Source: an uncultured delta proteobacterium
GTDB taxonomy: Bacteria; Myxococcota; Myxococcia; Myxococcales; Anaeromyxobacteraceae
Reading direction: 5' to 3'
DNA: 64,000 bases
NCBI GenBank assembly: GCA_963845515.1
Contig: CAWJSR010000002.1
Coordinates: 96,001 to 160,000, forward strand
How positions within the stretch are numbered: the first letter of the stretch is position 1; every line of letters begins with the position of its first letter. Shown piece after piece: positions 22,227 through 30,824 of the stretch. Under the pieces are notes generated by a model. That model searched no databases and was not told the origin of the DNA. It was given only the letters and a program-made list of their open reading frames with translations. The position numbers were made by a program, and so were the translations under genes.

Positions 22227-23771
22227 TCACCGGCTGCTGAGACGCGGGAACAGCAAGGGGCCTCCACCCAGTCGAGCCCCGGTGGGTAGCACGTTCCAGT
22301 CGGAGCGCGATCCCAACTCGGGAGTACCCAGTCGAGCGCGAAGAGCCGCGGACGTGGTCGGAAGGAACGGACCAAGCTCCTCGGCGATGATGCTCACCGC
22401 CTCGAGCGCCGCGCGGAGCACGGTCCTTGCGCGCTCAGTCTGGCCGCCAGCGGCGAGCGTCCACGGCGCTTCGCGCGTGAGGTATCGGTTCGTCGCGTCG
22501 ACGGCGCGGAAGATTGCCGCCAGCGCTTCGTCGAGAGCGAACCGGGAGACTGCGGTGTCAACATTTGTGCGGAGAAGCAGGACGCTTCGTCTGAGTTCCT
22601 CGTCCTCCGCGCGCGCCGCTCCGGGGGCCGGAATCACCCCGCCTGTCACTCGCTCAGTCGCGCCGAGGAGCCGACTGGCCAGGTTGCCAAGCCCGTTCGC
22701 CAATTCAGCATCGTGAGCTTCGGCGAAACGCTCGAAGCTGAAGTCCCCATCCCGATCCGTACGCACGTGACGGAGCAGGTAGTACCGCACGGCGTCCGAG
22801 CCGTGTCTCGCCACCAGCTCGAGGGGATCCACCGTCCGGCCGGACTTGCTGATCTTCTCGCCGCCCAGCGTCAAGTAGCCGTGAACGAGCAGGTCGGTTG
22901 GCCACGGGAGACCGGCAGATGCCAGGAACGCCGGCCAGAACACGGCGTGGAAGCGCACGACTCCTTTGCCGATCACGTGCACGCGTTCTCGGCTACCCCT
23001 CCAGAAGGCGTCGAAACGACTGGAATCCGCGGTCGCGTAGCCGAGTGCCGAGAGGTAGTGGGCGAGCGCGTCGAACCACACCCAGATCACCTGGTCAGGG
23101 TCGCCGGGAACCTCGAGCCCCCATCCCCTCGCTCGCGCAGCGGAGCGCGAAACGGAAATGTCGCGCACGGGCCCACGAAGGAAGGCGAGCGTTTCGGCGC
23201 GCGCGCCTGGGTGCTCGATCCGGAGGCGCCCTGTGTCGATTGTCTCGAGAAGTCTCTCCCGGTACCGCGACAACCGAAAGAACCAGTTCACCTCTTCCAC
23301 CAGCTCCAGCGGTGCACTGTGTTCGAGGCAGCGGCCGCCTTGCAGTTCCTCCGGCTCGAAGAAGCGCTCGCAGCCGATGCAGTACCAGCCCTTGTACGCC
23401 TGCCGATAGAGGTCACCGCTTGCGGCGCACGCCGCCCAGAGCGCCCGGACCGCAGGGCCATGCGCAGCGTTCGCGCTAGTCCGCAGGAAGTCGTCGGCCG
23501 ACACGCTCAGGGCCCCGTTGAGGTCCTCGAACGCCGCCGCGTGTCTCTCCACCCACTCGCTTGTCGGCACTCCAGCGCTCGCGGCCGCGAGCACGTTCTT
23601 GAGGCTGTGGTCGTCCGTACCAGTGACGAAGCGGACCTCATGCCCGCGTTGACGCCGATGCCGCGCGAAGGCGTCCGCGACGCAGAGCTCGAGCGCAAAG
23701 CCGAGGTGCGGTCTTGCGTTCACGTAGGGAATTGCGGTCGTTACGTAGCTACGCGGGTTCGTTGGAAACAT
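22227..23771 (-). CDS. metG: methionine--tRNA ligase (short form, one Zn knuckle)
   Basis: YVTTAIPYVNARPHLG(F), GTDDH, YCIGCERF...CLEH, WVWFDAL, FHAVFWPAFL, KISKS; AGGAG RBS before ATG 23771. Confidence 0.92.
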   Translation of the reverse strand: MFPTNPRSYVTTAIPYVNARPHLGFALELCVADAFARHRRQRGHEVRFVTGTDDHSLKNVLAAASAGVPTSEWVERHAAAFEDLNGALSVSADDFLRTSANAAHGPAVRALWAACAASGDLYRQAYKGWYCIGCERFFEPEELQGGRCLEHSAPLELVEEVNWFFRLSRYRERLLETIDTGRLRIEHPGARAETLAFLRGPVRDISVSRSAARARGWGLEVPGDPDQVIWVWFDALAHYLSALGYATADSSRFDAFWRGSRERVHVIGKGVVRFHAVFWPAFLASAGLPWPTDLLVHGYLTLGGEKISKSGRTVDPLELVARHGSDAVRYYLLRHVRTDRDGDFSFERFAEAHDAELANGLGNLASRLLGATERVTGGVIPAPGAARAEDEELRRSVLLLRTNVDTAVSRFALDEALAAIFRAVDATNRYLTREAPWTLAAGGQTERARTVLRAALEAVSIIAEELGPFLPTTSAALRARLGTPELGSRSDWNVLPTGARLGGGPLLFPRLSSR

Positions 23772-23815
23772 GGCGGCTCCTGAGAAAGGGGCCACCCTCC
23801 GAGTACGACCAAGAG

Positions 23816-23836
23816 CGGTCGCCCAGAGGGCGACCG
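23816..23836 (-). promoter_or_regulatory. GC-rich hairpin in the metG leader
   Basis: Perfect 9-bp stem cggtcgccc-aga-gggcgaccg between the leader ORF stop and the metG RBS. Confidence 0.6.
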
Positions 23837-23861
23837 GTCGGCTCGACATCGTTGCGGACTA

Positions 23862-23921
23862 TCAGGCGCAGATGGCGAGAGCGGCGGCAGCCCGGAACCG
23901 GGTGCGCATCATCATCGCCAT
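23862..23921 (-). CDS. putative Met-rich leader (attenuator) peptide of metG
   Basis: ATG GCG ATG ATG ATG CGC...TGA = MAMMMRTRFRAAAALAICA*, ending 90 nt upstream of metG; an in-frame GTG at 23948 is an alternative start. Confidence 0.7.
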   Translation of the reverse strand: MAMMMRTRFRAAAALAICA

Positions 23922-24397
23922 TCGCGTCTGGGACCCAGAGTGGATCACGACGTCAGGGTTGCACGGGGTGGCGCAGATCGTCAAGGCGGGCAGCCGTAGC
24001 GTTCTCGGCTTTCGCCCCGCCTCCGCGCCCGTGGCGCGGAGGCTAGCACGTCGGCCATGCGCGCCTGCAAGGCCCTCGGTACCGGCGCTCCCACTCGACG
24101 TGCACTAGCCTCAAGTTCCCCTCGAGAAGGACGAATGCGCCGAGCTTCGACCGTCTCGAGAGGCGGGGAGGTCCACGGAACGCAGGACCTGCCCAAGACG
24201 CCGACGTGGTTATGGGCAGTTTACTCGGCGACGCGAAAACCCCGGATATCCGAGTAAAGTCCCTATAGGTCCCCCTGCTGTTGCTCGACCACAGGGGTGC
24301 CGTTCACCGGCACGACGATGGCACGCCGTCGCGGCCTCGCTACATGGCGGAGCAACGTCTACGTCTGGGAGCAGAGGAATGCGCCTCCTGGAGCGCG

Positions 24398-25294
24398 CTA
24401 CGGCTTCGCCTCTTCCAGCGGGGATATTTCGAAACGATCAGGCCCAAGCTCGAGCTTGGCCTGGATGGAAAGAGCGGCTCTTGCCCCCATGTCCAGCGCT
24501 CCGTCCCATGCCCTCAGCGCGGACTCGAGCGCGACTACCTGCGCGTTTGAGACCTCAGGTGGGGACGAATGATTCAGCAGCGTCAGCCGCAAGGCGGTGG
24601 CCGCTCGCCCGAAGTTCCGCGCACAAACCCGCAGATTCGCCGCGTTCCAGTGAAGCGCGAGCTGGAATGGTCCCGTGGGGACTTCGTTCGTTTCATGCTC
24701 TCCAGGGCCAACGACCCAGTTCATCCCCGCCCTGGTGCAGACGATGTTCTCCCGATCGATCTCGACCCAGCGGCGGATCACGGCTCGCGTTCGCGCGGCT
24801 CGGTCCGAATCAGACAGTTCGTCGAGCGTCGCAGATACGATCGGCCTTCCCGTATGCACTGTCTGGGTGCATCCGTCCTCAGACACCTCGACATAGCACC
24901 CCTCCCCGCTCGCGGGACCGACGCAGATCCTCACTGCGCCGCCAAGCCCCTCCAAGGCTTCGTTCACCCTCCGCCAGGTTGAGTAGAGGTCGACCCGGGA
25001 CTCGTCGCGGTTCCCTACGGCCAGGAACATCGGGTTGTCCTGCTCCCTGATCCACTGTCGGCCGTACTCGGTCGCGAAGACCAGCGGCTTCGTGTCGCTC
25101 TTCGCCTGGACGGTGAACGACGGACCCGCCCAGACCATGCCGTCCTTCGGCTCCGCGAGAACACAAACGAAGTCGTGCCCCACGTCCTCCTGCCGGGGCA
25201 CTCGGGTCGTAAACGCAAGCACACTGAGCCAGAGCTCGACCAGGAGTTCCGTTCGATCGCCCTTCCGAAAGCTCTCTAGCCTGGCTCCTGGCAT
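24398..25294 (-). CDS. PD-(D/E)xK nuclease-like protein (DUF4365-like N-terminus)
   Basis: G...E......L...EDVGHDF...FTVQAKS restriction-endonuclease-fold motif; GAGGG RBS; 50 nt after the JAB gene. Confidence 0.65.
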   Translation of the reverse strand: MPGARLESFRKGDRTELLVELWLSVLAFTTRVPRQEDVGHDFVCVLAEPKDGMVWAGPSFTVQAKSDTKPLVFATEYGRQWIREQDNPMFLAVGNRDESRVDLYSTWRRVNEALEGLGGAVRICVGPASGEGCYVEVSEDGCTQTVHTGRPIVSATLDELSDSDRAARTRAVIRRWVEIDRENIVCTRAGMNWVVGPGEHETNEVPTGPFQLALHWNAANLRVCARNFGRAATALRLTLLNHSSPPEVSNAQVVALESALRAWDGALDMGARAALSIQAKLELGPDRFEISPLEEAKP

Positions 25295-25344
25295 GGTTCC
25301 CTCTTGGCGAAACGCGGACGGATCGTGACCGCGTTGGTGTCAGT

Positions 25345-25848
25345 TCATCGCCCTCTACGCGGAATGCCGAATCGATGCCCGGAAGCTGACTCTCGGCTCA
25401 TCACAGTCATCGGCGTCAGCTTCCGACCGAGAAGAACGAAGGCGCCAAGCTCCGACCGCCCCGAGAATCCCAGAGAAAGGATGGCGATGATCGGCCGGGT
25501 GTTTCGGGCCGGGGCGTATCCCGCGATCTGATCCGCTGCCGCCCGATCAAGCCCGCTGGGAGTTGCTGAGCCGAGAGGGTGAGTGTGCCAGTCGCCGAGA
25601 TACTCGAGCCCCAGCGCCGATGCCCAAGCGGACGCCAACTTCGTGGTCTGCCACTCGGTGTCTGGCGTGAAACGTCTCAAGCCGTGGCTGGCCCTGGGGC
25701 CGGGCCCGATGATGAGCGTCACGACCGCCTGTGACGCTGACGTCCAGCGTCCCACCAGGATCCCACCAGTCTCGCGCGGGAACGTGCGAGCTCCCTCAGA
25801 CCGCATCGCCTTTGAGCAGGCCTCCGGCACCGTGAGGGTCAGCGACAT
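25345..25848 (-). CDS. JAB/MPN (Mov34) metalloprotease, Cap3-like deconjugase
   Basis: PRETGGILVG (catalytic Glu) and GDWHTHP....PSGLD (HxH...S..D JAMM motif); start overlaps the E1 stop. Confidence 0.9.
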   Translation of the reverse strand: MSLTLTVPEACSKAMRSEGARTFPRETGGILVGRWTSASQAVVTLIIGPGPRASHGLRRFTPDTEWQTTKLASAWASALGLEYLGDWHTHPLGSATPSGLDRAAADQIAGYAPARNTRPIIAILSLGFSGRSELGAFVLLGRKLTPMTVMSRESASGHRFGIPRRGR

Positions 25849-26350
25849 GTCGGACATGTGCCGGACTTCGGCAACGCGTAGGACGTCCACGTCGGCGTGA
25901 GAAGCGCACCATCCGGCGCACGCATCTCCAGCACGAACACATCGTGCGCGAGCTGAGGGTAGGCCTTGGGTTCACCAGCGCATAGCATGCTCGCGGCCAG
26001 ACGCGCAGCCTGCGCCGCCAACGGCGCAAGCTCCAGCGAACTTCCCGTGTAGGTGCGGTCTCGGCACCCCCGGGGCTGAAGACGGACGCGCTCCGGAGAA
26101 CTAGCTGCTGGCGGCGGACGAATGCTTCCGCCAGCCTCCAGCGCCTTGAGCAGACAGTAGTGGCAGCCCGTTTGGCCTGGAATCACTCGCGCCACGACCC
26201 CGCCGTAGCCATCGATGCTCCAGACGTAGACCTGGGGGACGCCAAGCTCGGCACTCACGTCGGCGATCGCCCGGCTCACCTCGTAGACCTCAGCCGTTGC
26301 ATCGATCACCAGATCGGTCTGGGCTTGCCCCGATCCAGTGGACACCGAGG

Positions 26351-27228
26351 TTATGCCGCCAAGGCGCGTGAGCGCCAGTTGAACTCGGTCTCGTTGGGGC
26401 TGTTGTAGTCGTTCTTGGAGTGAAGCCTCCTCGCGTTGTAGTAGCCCTCGATGAAGGTGAACATCTCGTGCTGTCCGTCCGTTGCCGTTCTCCAGGCCGA
26501 GCCCGGCACCATCTCGAACTCGAGCGTGGAGAAGAAGCTCTCCGCCGGGGCGTTGTCCCAGCAGTTGCCCTTCCTGCTCATGCTCTGGACTGCCCCGGCC
26601 TGAGCGAGCAGCGCCCGGAAGCTCTTGGCCGCGAACTCGATACCCCGGTCGGAGTGGAACAGCAGGCCGGGCGCAGGGCAGCGCCTGGCCAGGGCCTTGT
26701 CGCAGGGCCTCACCCGACAGCTCCGCGTCGAGGTGGTCCCCCAGCTGCCAGCCGACGACCTTGCGCGAGAACAGGTCGATGATGACCACCAGGAAGATGA
26801 AGCCGCCGATCACCGGCAGGTAGGTGGTGTCGGCCACCCAGACCTTGTCGGGCGCATCGGCCGTGAAGTCGCGAGCGAGGAGGTTGGGCGCGATCGTCTC
26901 CCGATGGGCGGAATCGGTCGTGCTCCTCCAGCGACGCCGCTGGCGCGCAATCAGGCCTTGCCGAGCCAGCGAGCGGGCCACCCGCTTCCGGCTGCGTCTT
27001 GGTGCCTCTTCGGCGCATCTCCTTCTCCACGCGCGGCGCCCCGTAGCGTCCCTCCTCCTCGGCGAAGATGGCCGCGGCGGCAACGTCGAGCTTCTGTTGC
27101 TCAAGGTCGCGCTTGGACGGGCCGCGGATCTCGAAGGCATGGTTGCCGGAACGGGAGAGCCCGAGCGCCCTGCACATCAGCGCCTTCGGGTAGTTCGCCT
27201 TCTCTGCCACGATGAGCTCGAAGCTCAT
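26351..27228 (-). CDS. IS3 transposase OrfB (DDE; extra apparent frameshifts ~27000, ~26710)
   Basis: WVADTTY, FHSDRG, GNCWDNAPAESFF, YYNARRLHS. Confidence 0.85.
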
Positions 27229-27521
27229 TTCCCGTCCCTGGCGAAGAAGGCTGCAGCTTTTTTTAGGAAGTCCCGCTCCTGCGTGACCGTCTTGAACTCG
27301 CGCCGCAGGCGCGTCAGCTCCGCGCGCTCCTCGCTGGTCAACGGGCCCGACGGGTCGCGCGTGGCGTCGATCTGGCCCTGCTTCACCCAGTTCCGCACCG
27401 CCGTCTCGGTGAGGTCCATCTCCTTCGCCACCTGCCCGATGCCCTTGCCGCTGGCACGGACCAACCCCACCACCTCGGCCTTGTACTCAGCCGTGAACTT
27501 CCGCCTCTTCCTCTTCGCCAT
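27225..27521 (-). CDS. IS3 transposase OrfA
   Basis: RRKFTAEYKAEVV...VAKEMDL...VRNWV, ERDFLKKAAAFFA with an A7G slippery run at ~27257-27264. Confidence 0.9.
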   Translation of the reverse strand: MAKRKRRKFTAEYKAEVVGLVRASGKGIGQVAKEMDLTETAVRNWVKQGQIDATRDPSGPLTSEERAELTRLRREFKTVTQERDFLKKAAAFFARDGK

Positions 27522-28833
27522 GGATCCAGTCTCCAACACATCGGAGGTGTCCACGAGATCGGGGCAAGCTCAGTCCCGGAGAGCGCGGCGGCAATGCGAG
27601 GCGGCGTGACATCCGTTGGCGTCTCGCCTACCGCAAACCGGTGCTCGCTCACGCGGGTATAGGGGTACGTGCGTGCTAGTTCCGCCGCCACGTATGCCGT
27701 CTTCCAAGCTCCTGCGCCGTCGAATGCCGAGAGCCACCGCACGCCGCCCGCGGGATCGATGTAGTCGGGATCGGCAACCCTCAGATGGCCGATAAGCGCT
27801 CGCGCGAGTTCAAAGGCGACAGGAGACCCGAGCGCCCCAAGTCCGATGATCGCAGCCGTCTTAGTGGCGAGCGGCGACAGTTCAGGGATCCTCGCTGAGA
27901 GCTGGGTGAGGCTGAAGCGAAGGCCGCGGATCGACACGAGCCGCGTCCCAAGTGCGTGCTTCTGATTCGGGCGTCCCGCGAACATCCATGCATCCGCAAG
28001 GACGCCCTGCTGAACCTCCTCAGAAAGGAGCACAGCCGAGAAATCGAAGCGATCGAGGGACGTGCCAGCTAGCGCACGCGATGGCATCGCTGTTCTGAGT
28101 GAATGCCAGACCTTCTCCGACGTCGCTGCTGTTGGGGACTCGATTCGCGCCCACCGGGCGCGGTACCGGGGACCCTTGAAACGCCTCAACAGCGGTTCTT
28201 CAGCGGTCGCCAGGAGCGTTCCGCTGGGTCCGCGAACCTCGGCAAGAATTGCCTTTCCGAAGTCCGATGATGCATCGCCCTCTCGCTCTCGCAGCCGCCT
28301 TAGCCAGAGGCAGTCGTCTTCGAACCGAAGCTCAAGCTGGCCGCCAGAGATGGTCGGGTCGATGTGCAACGCCGACTCGGGGACGAGAATTCCACCGAGG
28401 TGTGGGAACGGCAGGAGACCGGTAAACGGCTCGCCCTGCGGATCTTCCACGGCCACCAGACTTGGACCTCCGGCCTCCACTAGCCGAACGAGACGTGGAA
28501 CCTCGGCTGCAACGAAGTCTGCAGCTCGGTAGCTGGGCCTCCAGAATTCCCGTCCCTGCGGGAGAAGGCAAAGATGGCCCCCGAACGGATTCTGGTGGCG
28601 CTGTAGCCGTAGGTCGGGCGCGAAGATATTGAACCGGGTGAGGGGAAACGTTTCGGGGTACACCACGATGATTCGCGTTTCCTCGCCGGCCCGAATGGCG
28701 ACCGAGCCGTTGAGGACGAGGCGTCCCGACTCCTTTGCTGCCTCGTCCTCAACGAACTTCAGGCCACGCGCCTCGAAGGCCTCCAACTCCTCTAGGTAGG
28801 TCTCCGGGCGCCGCTCCCACCACGGACGCACGG

Positions 28834-29352
28834 TTAGCCGACCGTTCGACCTGGCGGAGGTCTAGGCGGATCCGGGGGCCGATCGCCCTTTGGCGGATGC
28901 GCCGGATGGGCCTTTCCGGCGTTTTTGGCGGCTGCCTCGACCCACTCGCCGAAGCGGTCCTTGTCCCACACGTAGACCGGTGCGCCTGCCTTCGTTAGCG
29001 CATCCGGCACAGCACCCCGGGTCGCCGTCTGACCCTTCTGATCAGCAATCTGGTCGATGTAGATCCCGAGCAGCCCGTTGCCTTTGGCGATGCTCTGTTC
29101 GATCTCATAGGTGACGTACGTCCGCTGCGCAGTCTCGGCGCCGATGAGGACGACCGTCACGCTCGTCCCCTCGAGCGCGTCGTTGATCATCTTCTTGATC
29201 GCGGCATCGCCCTTCTTCTTCGCTTCTTCCCACAGCGAAGCGTCCTGGAACCCGGCCGCCGCAGCCCCCTCAACCACGTTCGAATTCCTGACGACATTCG
29301 TCCGCCAGATGTCCTTCTGGTAGTGGAAGCTAAAGAACACTCTCCGTGCCAT
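28834..29352 (-). CDS. thsB: TIR-domain protein (ThsB-like) with Pro-rich C-terminal tail ending in Gly
   Basis: RRVFFSFHY..D.WR, SVTVVLIG.ET..R.YV.YEI (catalytic Glu), GNGLLGI; tail HPAHPPKGDRPPDPPRPPPGRTVG*; GGGAGGG RBS. Confidence 0.85.
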   Translation of the reverse strand: MARRVFFSFHYQKDIWRTNVVRNSNVVEGAAAAGFQDASLWEEAKKKGDAAIKKMINDALEGTSVTVVLIGAETAQRTYVTYEIEQSIAKGNGLLGIYIDQIADQKGQTATRGAVPDALTKAGAPVYVWDKDRFGEWVEAAAKNAGKAHPAHPPKGDRPPDPPRPPPGRTVG

Positions 29353-29369
29353 CACACCCTCCCTTTCGT

Positions 29370-30811
29370 TCACTTCGGAGCTACCGCCTTCACAACCGAG
29401 AAGATCGCCTCCAGGAGCTGTTCGTTAGATGCCTTCGCGTCGTTCAGCTTCGCGAGCGGCTTCGCCACGGCCGCCGCATGCGCGCCGAAGTACCTTCGTG
29501 GATTCGACGTCACCTCGGTCCAAAGTGCAGCCGCGACGTGCCCGGTCGCGCCGACGGGGATCGGGTACGCGCGCCGGGCCACGGCGATCTCGAACTCCTC
29601 GCGCACGCCCTCGGCCGAAACGATCTTCGCTCCGGCGAGCTTGTTCCCCGAGAGGAAGACCGCGAACCCCGCCTTCGCGATCATCTCTTGGCGATACCGG
29701 GTCCACAGCGCCTTACGCGACCCCGACAGCGGATCGAGCTGAGGAAACGGGCGAAGCGTCGCCCGTTCGTCGAGATGCGATACCGGGGTGCGGTAGAGAG
29801 CTTCCATCGCGCCAACCGTCACGGCGCCACCAATGCCCAACCCTAGACCTGTGACGAGGTTGTACCCGCGACTCATGATCTCGGTGCCAAGTCGCCGAGC
29901 GAGGTCTTCGATTCGGTCCCTTCCCAACGGCCCGAAGTCCGCAGCGCTCCCAGAAATGAAGATGTTCCTCCGATCGACTCGCTCGTTAGCTCCCGGAGGA
30001 TCTCAGGGATCTCGTCGTAGTCCTCGACGAGATGGGTCTGAATCCCGTAGGTCTTCAGATCCTCGATCCGGAGGTCCTGCTTTCTCACGTCGTAGTCGTA
30101 TTGAGCCCGCGCTCGGCCACGTCCCTTGGTCTTCACTACGCGCCGCATGATGCAGAAGTGGTCGCGCCTGTTCTCCCCGAGCAGGCCGCGGATGCGCGCG
30201 AGGATGTAGTCGATGTTCGGGTCCGAGAAGCTGTACCCGAGAAAGAGGAAGGTCTTCGAGACAAGATCGCCCTGGAGTGCCACCGAGAACAGGTTCCGGT
30301 CGCGGTGATACGTCTCGTAGTCGCGCTTCGTGAGAACCGCATTGTCGGGTGCCGAGACATCCCCGTGCATCTTGTAGATGGTGACGTCGCGCTTCGGCAG
30401 CGTCGTCGCGAGGCTTTCAGGGCTCACCTTGACGTCGATCCGCTTGTGGGCCGCCCGGAACGCGTCCTCGAGAAGCGTGTCGTAGTTCGTGGTCCACACA
30501 GCTGCCACCGGCAGGGCGGCGATCAGGCGGTGGTTCTCCGTTACGACCGCGTCCCTGGTGAACTCCTCGATCAGCTTCTGGTTGATCGCGGCCCGCCCTC
30601 GCCTTTGGTTGACGTGGTACTGCGCCAGGGCGATGAGGTCGCTTTCCCGATCTACGTCAAGCCCGAGTTCCTCGGCGATGTCCCGGATGAGACCGCGCCA
30701 GTCCACGTAGCCCGCCGCTCGCGATAGCCCAGCACCGACGAAGAAGGCAGCCACCCCTTCATCGAGGGCCACCTGAACCGAATCCAAGAGGATCTTTCGC
30801 GACGTCGTCAC
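29370..30811 (-). CDS. thsA: SIR2-SLOG NADase effector (type I ThsA); one apparent frameshift at ~29982
   Basis: FFVGAGLS..AGYVDW, WTTNYD, YKMHGD, FLFLGYSFSDPN; after the shift NIFISGSA, LVTGLGLGIG, LRPFPQ, YRQEMI, GVREEFEIA, PIPVGATG (SLOG). Confidence 0.88.
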
Positions 30812-30824
30812 GGTAGCCTCGGAA

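Larger units (their letters stand above)
26320..27572 (-). mobile_element. IS3-family insertion sequence (1253 bp) with 3-bp TSD GTC
   Basis: 27-bp IRs TGGGCTTGCCCCGATCCAGTGGACACC / TGAGCTTGCCCCGATCTCGTGGACACC; GTC at 26317-26319 and 27573-27575. Confidence 0.95.
25839..28831 (-). pseudogene. E2-E1(ThiF) fusion, Cap2-like, interrupted by IS3 (578 aa when reconstructed)
   Basis: N-terminal UBC-like YPETFP...HQNPFGGHLC...W; ThiF IIGLGALGS...D.D...R; after the IS: DLVIDATA, GCHYC, GC.DRTYTG (catalytic Cys), C-terminal CPTC; removing the IS and one TSD gives in-frame ALSG-TDLVIDA. Confidence 0.88.

Noticed and set aside
23772..23849. metG start at 23849
   Set aside because: The extension lies in the leader hairpin; ATG 23771 has an AGGAG RBS and sits just before the conserved YVTTAIPY.
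25839..27140. 433-aa transposase-ThiF fusion ORF
   Set aside because: Chance read-through from frameshifted IS3 orfB across the IR into the 3' half of the interrupted E1 gene.
25345..28831. Calling the E2-E1/JAB pair a type II CBASS or Pycsar system
   Set aside because: No CD-NTase (GS...DxD) or cyclase ORF is visible nearby; the gene in that position is a TIR.
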